The notes: generated by a model not told the origin, from the sequence alone. Counted from the whole stretch's first letter, positions 37,135 to 49,727 are shown. The stretch: 62,677 nt of DNA, filler included, from Sphacelaria rigidula (GCA_964200075.2; 9 parts of 9 records of this genome joined end to end with filler, not necessarily neighbours in it), one strand, 5' to 3'. Program-made: numbers and translations.

Positions 37135-37523
37135 TCCTTTTGAACATAGCGGGCGGGTGCTTGTGTGTTGTGTGTCCGTTGTGATCCCATCTATTCTGGA
37201 CGCCAGTGTACATCTTTTGATATGTGTGGGCGTATCAGCCGGGGTCACACAGGAGGTAGGCCAACACAGGAGCCTTTCCCTTTGTATTTGTTTTTAGTTA
37301 TCCACCTTCCTTTTGCGGTGCTTGCCTTCATTTTTCATCGCTAGAGCGGTTCAGCAGTCCCTTTCCCTCGTCAATCGTGATGCCGAATTTTGTGTACACA
37401 CGACACAGTCTCCACTGCTGGACGTAGAGTGAGAGAAATCCCAGATCGTGTGACTTCACCGAGATTCGAACCCATGACTCAACCGTCTGAAGTTCACGAG
37501 GCCACCAACTGAGCCACCGGGGC
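37135..37523 (-). mobile_element. tRNA-derived SINE (family 1)
   Basis: 5' GCCCCGGTGGCTCAGTTGG (A box) and GGTTCGAATC (B box), with no acceptor stem. A related copy (ggttcgaatctcggtgaagtcac) lies at about 29445-29580 (+). Confidence 0.75.
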
Positions 37524-38639
37524 GACCGGTTTTCGCCCGTTAATTTACCATGTGTACTCGTACGTCTTTTGTGCTGTGACCGCGGTTGTATTCGAGGTAG
37601 ATCAGCTAATGTGGGACACTCCATCTATCGATCAGTCAATCAGATAGCCAATTGGAAACAATAGAAAACGAAGATAGAACTATATGGGGAAAAACATGAC
37701 ACTTCACCCATCAGGTGAACTCGAAACGACTGGTTGGCCGGTGAATGTGCACGATCGGACTGCAACTTTTTGGGGTGGACTACACCGACCGCGCGCCTGT
37801 TTTCGGCCCAAACGTATCTGCCTATATACGGGATAGTGTCACTTGCTCGCAGTTTTTTTTTCTATTGCAAGCTCAACAGTAATTAAAGACAAAGGATTAC
37901 GGGGAATTAGCTGATTACCCTCCCTACCCTCTCGATCAAATCACGTACGAAAAAAGAGCGGAGTTGCCAAATGACGACTAGGACAAAAGAAGCTGCCCAG
38001 TTTTGTTTTGTTTGTGTCCCCGTGTACATGTGTGTGTATATGTGTGTGTGTGCGCGCGTGTGCGCGCGTGTGTGTGCGCGTGTGTGTTTTTTCCTTGTTC
38101 GCGTCTTGATGACGATGAAGTCTATCTGTCACTTCCTCGATCTACTATTTTGTCTCAACGCGTCGGCGTTCACGCCCTTCAAATGGGCTGCGGTATGTCA
38201 GTCGCCCAGTGGTCATATTGTCTTTTCGCATGTCTCCCATCGAGTCGTGCTATGAGGTAGGGGTGATCATATATTTTCTGAATCGACGTATTGGAGCCAG
38301 ATGTAGACTCTCGCGCACTCGCACCAGTGTAGTTAGGACGAAGTTGCGTCTGAACGTGAGGCGACACGCTCGCAGGCAAACATGACAAGATGTGAAAAAA
38401 TGTCATCGCTTCGTCTCACGAAATGGAAATACCTCAGACACTAAATGAAAATGCCTCAGAAACGTTTTAGCCAAAAAGTGCACCCCTACAATAGCACGAA
38501 TACGCCCTCCCCCCCTTCCCCCCCCCCTCCTCGTCTCGTTAACATGTCCCCCGCCGCCCGTCCTCCCGCCCATCCATACGCTCTGCAACGTTTGCTACCC
38601 TGAAATTATGTTACTTGTGTACTTTGTGACGTGAACAAG

Positions 38640-38771
38640 GCCGTGGAAATGCTGACTTTGGAAACTACGGGAAGATTCATCGCACCGCAGGGAAGCAAGA
38701 GTCTCGGCTTGGGTCTGTACGCGCTGGATGACCCTGACAGTTACGGCCCGTTCTCAGAACTGCCGTGGTGA
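38640..38771 (+). CDS. SDR (C-factor-like), terminal exon
   Basis: aag acceptor, phase 0. Translates AVEMLTLETTGRFIAPQGSKSLGLGLYALDDPDSYGPFSELPW*, with the family-typical TG.F and LPW end. Confidence 0.85.
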   Translation, partial: AVEMLTLETTGRFIAPQGSKSLGLGLYALDDPDSYGPFSELPW

Positions 38772-39010
38772 TGTAGTGGCCGGGGAGAGATGAATTCTGG
38801 GTAACTTGGCCGATGACAACGAAATCTGCATGAAAGCATGCGCGCTCGGGGTGTATGGGGAGGCGGGGGCGGGGGCGGGGATCCCTGAAAGCTACGGTCC
38901 GTTCTTAGAACTGCCTTGGTGATGTAGCGGCGGGGGGAGATGAATTCTGAGTAACTTGGCCGATGACAACGAAATCTGCATGAAAGCATGCGTGCTTGGG
39001 GTGTATGGGG
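38732..39010 (+). repeat. Tandem duplication (about 150 bp) of the SDR stop-codon region
   Basis: 38732-38860 is repeated at 38883-39010 with scattered substitutions. Confidence 0.9.
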
Positions 39011-39922
39011 GGGACAGGGATTGTGACGATTTCGTGTGTTGTTGGCTGTCGTGTTGTGTACCTACCGACAACGGCGGACTCAGGGTACTGTGTGGTTGAG
39101 AATCTTAGTCACCAAGGAACAAAGAACAGCACGAATTTTACTGCACAGAAAACAAAGTATACAGCGAGAAGAGGTCACGTGTGATCATTTAAAGTATATA
39201 CTCTCATCACTCACGTTTTCGACGACATTGAAATTACTCGGCAAATATATGAGCTGTCTGACTTGTGCACCATTCCCATGTATCGTATTCCTAATTGATT
39301 CGATTAAGAGTGGCGCATTTAATTATCCGTTGCAATCCGGCGGTGGCAAAAAAGGAAAGACATACCCCAAGTGAATAATCAGAAGTGCTCGATCAATGAA
39401 CCTCGAGGAAGAGGAAACACGAAGAAGGGAACAGGATGATCTGCAAACGGACAAAATAGGAAGGAAGGAGGAGGAAAACAGGGAGGAAAGGCCAGACTAA
39501 GATTCAGTACCGGTTCCGAAAAACAAACAAACCGGTAGGCTGTCCAGGTAGGAAGAACGTGGAATTTGCAACAAAACAAAACTAGGCCGCCGTAGAAACA
39601 GGTTGTGACTGAGATAATATGTAAGGACCACACTATTGCTACTCGAACAGAAACTCTCATCATTCACGTGCCATGTTCGCATGTATAGAATCATCTACTC
39701 AAGCAGGGCTTTTACGGGAGGAAGAGCTCGGGGGAATCCCTGCGGGACAGGATATACTTTTGCGGTCTCGTCCGTCTCGTCATTATACTTCAGGAGTTGA
39801 ACTTCCGTTCCGTCCCAGCCCATCTTGACATACCCTCGAAGTTAAAACTTCCCGTCCCGTCTCGTCTTCGGGGGGGGGGAGGGGAAACGTTCTCCGGGAA
39901 ACATCGTACAGTGTACTGCCGC

Positions 39923-40200
39923 GCCCCGGTGGTGTAATGGTCCGACTGTCGTCATTAGGGTGGAGAGAACGGGGGTTCGATTCCCGATGCTGCGTTGGGT
40001 TTTTTCTTCGTAATGTATGATTTCCACTGTGGAAAGCGTGAGAACGTGAGTAAACAAAGTATTCGACTGGGTTCGTGTGACATGAGTTGACGCGGTGCGG
40101 AAGTGCTGATCCAATCCGCGAGACCAAAATGTAAGGCACGTACCGGGAAAGAGATGGGTTGATCCCTTGAGAGCACGGACTCATCCCGAGGAAGGGAAGG
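39923..40200 (+). mobile_element. tRNA-derived SINE (family 2)
   Basis: A box TGGTGTAATGG and B box GGTTCGATTCC. A near-identical head lies at 41853-41920 (-). Tail fragments occur at about 8860-8915, 42290-42335 and 48835-48885. Confidence 0.8.
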
Positions 40201-40727
40201 GGTTCAAGTGTGAGGGGGAACAAAAAACGCTCACAAACTTTCCCGTGCGTCAACTCCCCCCTCTTCAACGTCATGAAGCGTTTCAAGCAACGAAATTTCG
40301 ATGCGGAAGCTGAAAAGGTGCACATCCGTCCTCTGCAATATTTTATTCCCTGTATATCATTTCCTGAGGTGTTTGAAAATCTTGTAACGTGGTGTTTCTT
40401 CAGGCCTTTGGAAAGCCGAGGCCAGCCCCTTCCATAAGCCTTTCGCAGCCGTGTTGAGCCTTCCAAAATCTTTCACTCCCTCTGTTCGGAAATATAAGAT
40501 CGACAGGGATTTTCAGAATATAAGATCGATTTCAACAATACACTAAAACATAGGCCATATATCCATTGCTGCAAGTCGGACAAGTTCGATGTGTGATGGG
40601 ATATCAAATTTAATAGAAAAATAAAAATGCAAATAAGGGGGCGGATGGCTTATTATTATCCCCTTGTAGGTGAAATGGTGGAAAGATCGGCTAAATTGTA
40701 CCCTGGCACGGGAGAAACGCCCTTCCT

Positions 40728-41035
40728 GGTGATTCGGTACCTCCTCGCTGGCAGCAGCATCAACGGGATTCTGAAGCGAGGTGCGTACAAGGCAGCCGCG
40801 GTGGGGTTCGGCTGCGAATGGCAGTCGATTAAGAGACTGTGAAAGAAGTACGGTGTGCAGCACAAAGCAGGAGTCGTTCACCCTAACGTGGCAAACGGTC
40901 GCAAGGGGAAAAACGGCAGGACGCCACAGTCTCTTAATCGACTGCCATTCGCATCCGAACTCTACCGCGGCTGCCTTTTCCGCACCTCGCTTCAGAATCC
41001 CATTGATGCTGTCAGCGAGAAGGTACCGAATCACC
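40728..41035. repeat. Inverted duplication of a mariner-like transposase N-terminal fragment
   Basis: Arms 40728-40841 and 40925-41035 with an 83-nt spacer. Both encode VIRYLLA..INGILKRGA.KAAAV.FGCEWQSIKRL, an HTH-like segment. Confidence 0.85.
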
Positions 41036-41667
41036 GCGCCTTTTCCTCAATCGTTGAGATTCTTGCGTCTGGGCTTCTGGGGGGCACTCTCAGCAGCTGA
41101 CATGCCTCGCCAGAAGATGGGAAGGCTTTTGACCGGAGGTTAAAAGTTGGGGTGGTGATTTCGAGCGACTTGTGCAGGTGTGGGACACACTTTTTTGATG
41201 GCGGATTTGAAAACGACCGGTTCTGCGCGATCCGAGTCAGCATAATATCATCAAAAACGAGGAAAAAAACGCTTCAGAAAAGTACCATAGGCCTGAGCTA
41301 GACCATTTTGTCCTCATCGATCCCATATTTCCGAACAGAAAGAGTATTTTTAATTCCATCCTTAGTCTTTCGACATACACACTCAAACACATTCCAATAT
41401 GCACATCGCTGGGCACAGTCAGCGACTATGATATTGTATGGGCTTTATGAGACAAGGGAACAAGAACAGCACGGAAGACGGGATACCCCCGAATGCAATT
41501 TCAGGGAGAGGCCGGGGGGGGGGATGAGGTCACCCACATGAAATAATTTCTCATGACTTTCAACCCAGGGAAAGCAATGTGTTGAAGTTGAACCTCTTTC
41601 TAATGTTCAACCTCATTTCTCAAGATCCTGCCTTCAATACATGGTAATTCTTGGCTAGCCCAGCTCG
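40925..41667 (-). mobile_element. 5' remnant of a mariner-like DNA transposon
   Basis: The TIR ttcttggctagcccagctcg|ta at 41648-41669 matches the 27905 MITE end at 18/20. It lies upstream of the transposase-like fragment. That both belong to one element is inferred. Confidence 0.55.
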
Positions 41668-42716
41668 TACTTAATATTTAACAGCCGATTTTATATTTTG
41701 GGGTTCAAACAAAATATGGGGCTGAAGTGGCATATCTGTCTTGCACGAAAGANNNNNNNNNNNNNNNNNNNNNNNNNNNNNNNNNNNNNNNNNNNNTTAA
41801 TTAATTAANNNNNNNNNNNNNNNNNNNNNNNNNNNNNNNNNNNNNNNNNNNNGGAATCGAACCCCCGTTCTCTCCACCCTAATGGCGACAGCCGGACCAT
41901 TACACCACCGGGGCGCGGCCTTGTTGAACGGTACATTAACCGAAACAATGCATACGGACGACGCGTAACATCTTTCGCGTGTACCGTTTACTTGTAGCGC
42001 CTGAGGAGATCAGTCGTGGACGAGTGCAACAGTGCTGCTGCCCATTTTGTGGTGACCGTGCACCTTCTCTGGCTCCTGATACTAATGCGTGCTCTGGAAT
42101 ACTGGGAAACTGGAATGCTGAGGCTGCAAAATAACTGTAGGCAGTCAACCACACAATCGGAGAGTATCTACCCACTTCGCACCCCTCAGGGTATGGTGAA
42201 GAGTGAACTCAAATAGCGAAACTCCCCAGTTCCTCACAATCTTGCACATTTTCCCCCTCATGCTTTGAATTTTCCCTCTTCCTTGGGACGAGCGCATACG
42301 TCTCAAGAGATAAGCCCATCTCTCCCCCGGTACCTGTTGTAATTTTTGATATCGAGGATTGGATCATGACTATCAGTGCTCCAGCACCCCGTCGAATCTC
42401 GTCGATTTTAGTTCCCTACTCGCGCCCTCACGCCTTCGACGAGGGGAACCAGACTCTGCTCAAAAACATTGTATATGTCGGGAACAGAATCCGCAACCCT
42501 CAGGCCTAGGTTGTTGTCGGTAATTAGAGTAGCACCCGGACCACCGGGGCGCGGCCATGTGGAACCCCAGTCTCTTTGCGAAACAGAACAAAGCAGTATA
42601 CGGTTCCCCAAAGTGCAGATGGCACTGCATACGTGGCAAAACGCGTGTACACACTCCGTGCTCGAAAACAACAATGCGAATGAAGTAGGCGAGGTGCACA
42701 ATGGTCGACCACTCAC

Positions 42717-42941
42717 ATCCCCGAAAGCTCCAAAACGCTTTGCCAGGTCCGCCGCCTCCGTCGTATACGGCAAGTTTTTTACGAGAATCACGGTGTTGCT
42801 GCGTTCCTCTGCCACTTTACCGCCTCCCTTCGCCTTGCTGCTCTCCAAGGCGTTAAGATCAACCCCTTCCTGTTCAAAGTAATCCTTGTTTTCCTTCACC
42901 AAATGCGTCTCTCCGAGAGCCAACCGAACGGCCATGTCTCC
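42717..42941 (-). CDS. RBM19: RBM19/MRD1 exon 6 (gene continues off the contig)
   Basis: Translates GDMAVRLALGETHLVKENKDYF...RSNTVILVKNLPY...FGAFGD, followed by a GTGAGT donor. Confidence 0.95.
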
Positions 42942-43200
42942 CTGTCAGATTCCGGAGGGCGACAAGCGACTTGATGACATTTCGTCCATTTGGCCGGGAA
43001 ACTTGTGCACCGCCTACGCCGCCTACGGCAGGACAGGAGGGACATACCGGGCCTGTGCAAGAACCAATCGCTCCGCAAAGGGGAACACTGCGGGCATCGG
43101 ATGGCGGTATTGTACGAAAAGCTCCTACAACAAACTATCCAATTGCTCGATATCATGTGCATAAACTGCGAAGCGACGGCAAGTTAAGCGAGTAGCTCAC

Positions 43201-43363
43201 CTCTTCCCTGTCCAATATATCGCTCTTGTCAACACCTAAGCGGTCCGCGAGGGCGTCCACAACAGTGTCGGCTCGAACAAATGAAGCATTCCATCCCGCG
43301 GAATCTCCCGCCTTCGCTTTTCGGCTCTCCTCCTTTTGCTCCTTATAGGTTTTGTTTGCAGCG
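43201..43363 (-). CDS. RBM19: RBM19/MRD1 exon 5
   Basis: Translates TYKEQKEESRKAKAGDSAGWNASFVRADTVVDALADRLGVDKSDILDREE. Confidence 0.92.
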
Positions 43364-43758
43364 CTGACGCGTTAAAGAGAAGAGGGGCGCGCAACCCATC
43401 AGGCATTTTGACGCTCGAGAGACAGAACGTTGGGCGGTTCTGCAGCAAGACCAGTGCTCAAGACTAGCAGGCGCTCAGGTGCAATGCGTGCGGGAAACGT
43501 GAAATTTGACATCCTCATGATTATGAAACGTTTGTCCGCCGGCGTCAGTCGCCCCAGCAGTATTACTCATTTCTACTGCCCCGCATGGTTTTTGGAGATC
43601 AAGTCTAATGTCAAGAAGTGCCACAGGCGGTCGTTTACGGCCAACACATTGAATTCTGAGCCGGTCCCACATGATACAAATTCCCAACATCAATGCACCC
43701 TCGATGTGCCCGCAATGCGATCTCGAAGCCTCAAATAAAAAGTGTTCACCGTACACAC

Positions 43759-43925
43759 CTCGCTCCTTTTCCAAACAAATCTCCTCCGACTCCTGGTGTG
43801 CCTGGCTGTTGTCTAGCGGGTATGATGTGCAACAAGCGTCCTTGAAAGGCATGCCTATCCAACGCATCCATAGCCTTCTTTGCATCTTCCGGGATAACGA
43901 ACTGAACAAAAGCGAAGCCTTTACC
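43759..43925 (-). CDS. RBM19: RBM19/MRD1 exon 4
   Basis: Translates GKGFAFVQF...FQGRLLHIIPAR and ends in phase 2. Confidence 0.92.
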
Positions 43926-44248
43926 CTGCATGGAGGAACGGACGAGCAGCGACTTCAAGGGAAAGCTCGTCGCAACAATGAGAAAAACACCATTTTCCCC
44001 ATGATAAAGTGCACCACAGGAGGCTGCATGCCCACAGCACCCGGCGAGGGGTGAGGAATAAAACATCACCGGCAAAATACTGCCGCACATGCTATATTCT
44101 GACATATTGGGTATGACAGGGTAACATATGGGGTAACTGACCACTGAGCCCTGAAATGTAAAAAGCCGGTAACATGAACACCGCGCCATAAATGTACTAG
44201 AAACCAAACCGCTCTGCCGCGTTAGACTGTACCGGGCCTCCGTCTCAC

Positions 44249-45139
44249 CTTATTGAAGTCGTCAACCGGAAGGTGAACCTCAGACAGCATCCCAAAGCCC
44301 TCGAACAACTCCCTCAAGTCGTCCTCCGTGCAGACGTAGGGTAAATTGCGCACAAACAATCGCCCTATCGCAAGTCCGCTCTCATCGTCATGCACCAATT
44401 CTTTTTCGTCCTTCGTCTCCATGCTACTCGAGTCAGCGTTTCCACCCCCTGCATTCCTGTCCCTGCCTCGATCACCTTCACCCCATTTTTTATCGATCTT
44501 CTCAGACTGGGATGTACCTCTGATCTCATCCGCGCTACTTTCATCTGCACTATCGCCATCATCGGCATCACTGTCACCGTCGGATTCGCTCTCCTCCTCG
44601 CTGTCGGAATGATCGCCTTCATTGGCCACTTTCGAACGAAGCCAGTCCATATCCGATCCACTCTTCTTTTGCAGTTGCTCGCTAGCCTTCCTCGGATCAT
44701 TCTTCGCGTCATCGCTGGATTCCGAATCACTCCGTGCATTATCGAGACCACTATCGTCTGCGTCGTCCTCGTCGGAGGTAACATCGTCCGCATCATGCAC
44801 TTCAGTAGCGGCCTGGGGTTGGGTATCCAACGCATCGTCGTTATCCCAGAATCGTGCTTCACTGCGTTTCGTTAGCGTGGCTATGAATTCTTCCTTGCCA
44901 ATATTGCCCTTGCCGGAGGCATTCCCTGTCCGCGCGGTATTTGCTGCTACTACTCTGTCAGTGCTGCCGCGTCCCGCCTCCTTTTTCGACACACTATCGC
45001 CACCAAGCTTCTCCCTTTCCTTGCCCTTTCCCTTCCTGACTTTTGCCTCTGCCAACCGCTGAGCGCGAGAGCTACCATCCGAGTGTTTGCTCCACGGGCG
45101 GGCGATGCCTGGATCACCTTTGGGTTGAGCACGCTCAAC
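44249..45139 (-). CDS. RBM19: RBM19/MRD1 exon 3
   Basis: Translates VERAQPKGDPGIARPWSKHS, an acidic linker with FWDNDD and SDMDWLRSK, then GRLFVRNLPYVCTEDDL...EVHLPVDDFNK. Confidence 0.95.
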
Positions 45140-45564
45140 CTAGAGAGGAAGGCGAAACACAGTGAAAAAAATGTCGAAAAACGAGCAACGCTCATCGCGG
45201 CGGTACCACATCAACAAGCAGAAGCGATGGCAACATCATGTCGACTGTAACTGTCACATAGGTGTGGCGGACAAAATCTCGCTGCGCACTTCTTGTCAGA
45301 CTGTGGCTAGGGCCTTGCAAACAACCGCACCTGGGTGCAGGCTCGCAAACGTACGAGAGGTCGCATCTTACGTCGCCGACCACGGTACTAGATCGCCCGA
45401 CAATTCACGAGTCGAATCACGAGTCAAGCAGCAACGAGGACTGGCTGCTTAACAAATTTGCGATGAAGCGAAACATGCCGGGGAGGTGAAAATTCGGTCC
45501 CGGCTTTCTCCTTTGCATTTCTTCATAAGCAATGTGTGGTATAGATGGCGATATAATACTGTAC

Positions 45565-45702
45565 CTGGATTCGGCTGGTGTCGAGAAACGTGGAGTTGTA
45601 GTAGGTCAAGGCTTCCTTTGCATCATTCTCGCTGCCAAACCCCACGAACGCGAACTGCCGCGACTTGCCGTCTTTCGTGCGCACAATTTTTGCGTCAGTG
45701 AC
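45565..45702 (-). CDS. RBM19: RBM19/MRD1 exon 2 (RRM1)
   Basis: Translates [22 protein letters not shown]...[13 protein letters not shown]. Confidence 0.95.
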
Positions 45703-47428
45703 CTGGGATGGTAACGGAATAAGAGATGATAAGGCAACATCAGCAGCATCTACAGTGGCGGGAGAGGTCATTTTCATGGTACCTCCGTGCAAACGAGGAC
45801 TAATTTACTAGTGTACATTCATGCCTTGAACTGGTATTCGTTTTAGAAAGGGAATACATACTCTCGTCGTGCCCAAGGGCTCTGTTCGACCACTCAACGT
45901 CATGGGCGTCCACACGTGTGCGCAAGGACCGACGGACTGAAGTGGGGTGCAACCCATGCGATAGGACAATCAACGAAATACAGGATTACCGATCGAAGTT
46001 GAGCGACCTGAATGTCACAGTTCACGGGCATTGAGCAAGGGGTTGACCTTTTGGAGGACCCGGTGACTGGGCGTTTTCGTCAGGCAGCGCACCATTTTAC
46101 GCCATGCCATAAGTACTTCACGTATTGAAGTAAGAACAAATTATACCTAAAAGAGAACTTTGAGTGATTTTCCAAGCGCGTCACAATTCGATGATGCCTT
46201 TTTCTGTTATCATGTTGCGTTCTGAAGCCTCCTGTTGAATATCTATGTTGGAAGGATAAGTGCCGGTGCCACCGTGGCTGTTACAGTTGTCAGACGGGAT
46301 CAGTTGGCAACTTTGTACAAATTGCTGTGTTGACGGCGATTCTTGTCCCCGAAAAATCGATTGTTTCACTGATCGTTTCGAGACTTGAGATGATTGAATG
46401 TACCTTTTTGAGGCAGGCAAGGCATGTTTGAAGACTTACGGAACGGCCCCGGGAACAACCGGAGTAACAAACACAAAATCAGGACTAGGAATATGTTGCT
46501 GTACAGGTTGCCACCATCGCCCATCTTGCAACAATACAAGTGCCGTATTTTTCCATTTTCCCGCGACCAGTAAGCTATTCAAGCACTTTTCAAGCGCACG
46601 AAAGAAGATGTGCTATTTCACAGTCCTCGCCACCTTCCCCTCTCACGTGCGAAATAAAATGCAAACCAAGCAGCGGAGCACGGGTTGCAGACAGCAACAA
46701 GCAAACATGCAAGCAGTCCAGAGTGTCTGCATCGAAGAGGAACGATGGAACACGAAGTGCATCACTGCACCTTGAATGCGGCCGCCGATGAAGAGAAACG
46801 TCCCCCGTCAGTACAACAGTTCGCACGCAACGGTAGAGCACCGTCCCGGTACTACTATACTTCGTACAGTACTGATGCAAAAGAAAGTTGAAAATGTGAC
46901 ATGTAGGGTAACGCCGAAGTCATCCTAGAGGTGTGCGAACGCTGCCCCGAGAGCACCAGGCCCGAAAAGCGGCAGGGCTTTTCCGTTGACTGAGGTATAT
47001 TCAAAACCTCAAGTATCCCTCTGTTCATGCAAAAAATTGTTCACAACTCCTGTCTGTACTCGATCAAGACCTGTCTTCGGAGTATCTCCCTTAGTTTAAT
47101 ATTGACATTATGAGGGTGACTCGCAGCCGATGAGGGTATGCTCAGTTCTCTGGCAACGAAGGCTACCTCTTTGCCAGGCCAACCGCTACTTTGATACCAT
47201 ATTCTAAGCAGGACTGCGCCATAACATAAGCCTTACTTTGCGGCTAGGCTCCTCCGTGAGCTGTCGTTGTTCGTCCCGTGCTACGCTTCCATATAGACAA
47301 TGCAGACATTAGACCGTACCGGCGGATTAACAGCTGCCAGGCAGCATATGTCACAGTACTACTGGCTTTAAATATGACTTGGTCCAGGCGAGATCGTAAG
47401 GTTTCTTGTGGCATCTTGGCAAGGTCAC

Positions 47429-47521
47429 CTGTCCTCTCTCCGAAAAATGAAGCCTCAGCCGTCGCTCATCCACATGTTTTGGTATATTCTTGATTATGAG
47501 ACGAGTGTTGGTAGCCTGCAT
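47429..47521 (-). CDS. RBM19: Multiple-RRM ribosome biogenesis protein RBM19/MRD1, exon 1
   Basis: Translates MQATNTRLIIKNIPKHVDERRLRLHFSERGQ, followed by a GTGACC donor. Confidence 0.9.
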
Positions 47522-48273
47522 CTCCACTGGGTTGCTAGCACCTCCGCTTGCTCACTCGGTGGCCTTTCCTTCGCCACATTCCTCAACTCTCAACCCGGTA
47601 ACTGGTTCTCAGACCGGAATTGGTTCTGAGCGGGAACCTGGCAAATCACGACACTTCCTAGATGGTTCAATGATACATATGATTCTCCCACAACTTCTCG
47701 TCCTACCACCAAGCTACCACTGCACCGAATTGAGAATCACGAAAAAGAATGACGGAAGCGGAAAAAATACCTTTGGCCTCTGGTTCAACAGTCAGGCACC
47801 GCAGACCACAGATATACTTCGCAAAAAAATGATGAAAATCCTAAGCCACAGTACACTGGTACAGCAGTGTATCACCCACTCAAGAAACGCTGTGCTAAAA
47901 AGTCCCAATTCATCGGTCATGCGCAGTGTTTGTTTGCCCCAAATCTTTCTTGTAACTAACACTAACACACGTTGTTGCGGAAAGTCTGGGTTTGGTAACC
48001 TGAGCACCGCGAGTGCTGCGTATGTGGGACACACTTCGAAGACAATATGTGTCTCATCTGTACTCGGCGGCTTCGAAGACTGGAGTAGCGATTTCATCAG
48101 TGGTGTTTTGGGGTACGGTTGACCATGGAACCACACCCGCGGCAGCACCACTGGAAGGCTGGGGTGATAAACAACGTACTACACGAATACGGCGGCGCAA
48201 TCGAGACAATACGAAGTTTTTCAAGATAACCCGATAGACTGAGTCCTTCTCTTCAGCGCCATTGTCGATCTTG
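47522..48273. promoter_or_regulatory. Putative bidirectional promoter region between RBM19 and MDP1
   Basis: About 750 bp between two divergent start codons. No specific motifs identified. Confidence 0.5.
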
Positions 48274-48453
48274 ATGTCAGTGCCCTCTCGAAAACGGGGA
48301 AGGGAAAACAGCGGGGAGACCGATAATCACGCTCCGGACATAGTGACTGACAGTCCTTCCGTGGTGACTGCTGCGGCATGCTTGGACTTGAGACGACACC
48401 TGAATGACAAGACATCCTTGCCTCGATTAGTGGTGCTGGATTTGGATTACACT
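48274..48453 (+). CDS. MDP1: Magnesium-dependent phosphatase 1 (HAD family), probable first exon
   Basis: Ends LPRLVVLDLDYT before a GTGAGT donor; DLDYT is the MDP-1 motif I. The start codon is tentative. Confidence 0.72.
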
Positions 48454-49727
48454 GTGAGTACATGAAGACCATACTGTATAACTGATCGAAGCCAGACTGT
48501 TTCATGCGTTATTTCTTGGCGGGCTTGTCCGCAGGTACGATCTATTTGGTATTTCAAAACCTAATCTCGCTACTGTAGACTTTTGCTTAGGCCGCTGAGA
48601 AAAGTCGTTTTGGACGACTTTTCTCGGACACTTTTTCCAGATAAATCAGTTTTCAGAACCCCACCTTATCATCATCATTTTCATTTCCGCACATTAGTCC
48701 GATCTCGCGAACCCGTGGTCACAGACGNNNNNNNNNNNNNNNNNNNNNNNNNNNNNNNNNNNNNNNNNNNNTTAATTAATTAANNNNNNNNNNNNNNNNN
48801 NNNNNNNNNNNNNNNNNNNNNNNNNNNACTACTAGTCTCAAGGAATCAACCCATCTCTCTTCCCCCCCCCTCCCCCGGTACACGCTTTTGCTTACTTGAA
48901 AAACATGGTTGGATGGAAACCGTTGCCATTACCTTGGCATCCGAACAGCTCTTGTGGCCCTCGTTCGTATGTACGACCAGTAGTCAATCGCGAGAAGCCC
49001 GACGTCTTGAGGGAAAGCACTCGAAATTATTGAATCTGTAGCCGGTCAACCAAAAATCAATATCTTGGCTGCCGCCCATCAGCTGAAGTTCGCACAAGCA
49101 CATTTTGAAGAGGGTGATCAGTTTCACTTTTTGTGTGAGGTCGTGAACGGTTCATCATAATCTTCAATGTATATGAACGACTATTTGTGCTGCGCTTTTG
49201 CTAGCAGTATCTGCTACTGTGATATGTCCCGTTGCAGGAAATAGGTCTGTTTATAGAATGTATCGCCTATATGTACACATACATATGTTTTCTTGAGGTC
49301 ATCATCGACGGTCACGTTCCGAGAATTCCTCGCAGTGCTCAGCGTATTACAAGGGGGGGAACCACGGACGATGCCGCCGTCATTTGGTTTTCTTTGCCTT
49401 GTGACCGAATCGCACTACATTCACACGTCACGCACTCGTCAATCTGATGGCGTAAAGCTTTTTCTGGGGCATTTTTCACAACACAGAAGGCTACTGTAGT
49501 TGTATCCGAAATCCATTTTCTATAGAAAGAAGGAAACAAAAAAGGGGGCGAACAAAAGCGACGCGTGGACATACGTCATTCTCTAGTATACATACATGGG
49601 ACCTACGTGAGAGAGCTGCCGGTCTGGTGCAGTGTTACCATCTAAACCTTCGTGAAAACATACACGGGTTAACAAATGGCTGTCCCTACTGTTTTTTCAT
49701 GTCTAGTAAGCGGCATTCATTGTCAAG

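Noticed and set aside
37450-37523. tRNA gene (also 39923-39995 and 41853-41920)
   Set aside because: A and B boxes are present, but the acceptor and anticodon stems do not pair and the sequence continues into repeated bodies. These are SINE heads.
38769-38840. UGA read-through (selenocysteine) with a SECIS after the SDR
   Set aside because: LPW* is the normal end of this family, and the ATGA...AA...GA candidate has a poorly pairing stem.
47490-48122. 210-aa plus-strand ORF
   Set aside because: It overlaps the RBM19 start and the intergenic promoter region and has no recognisable features.
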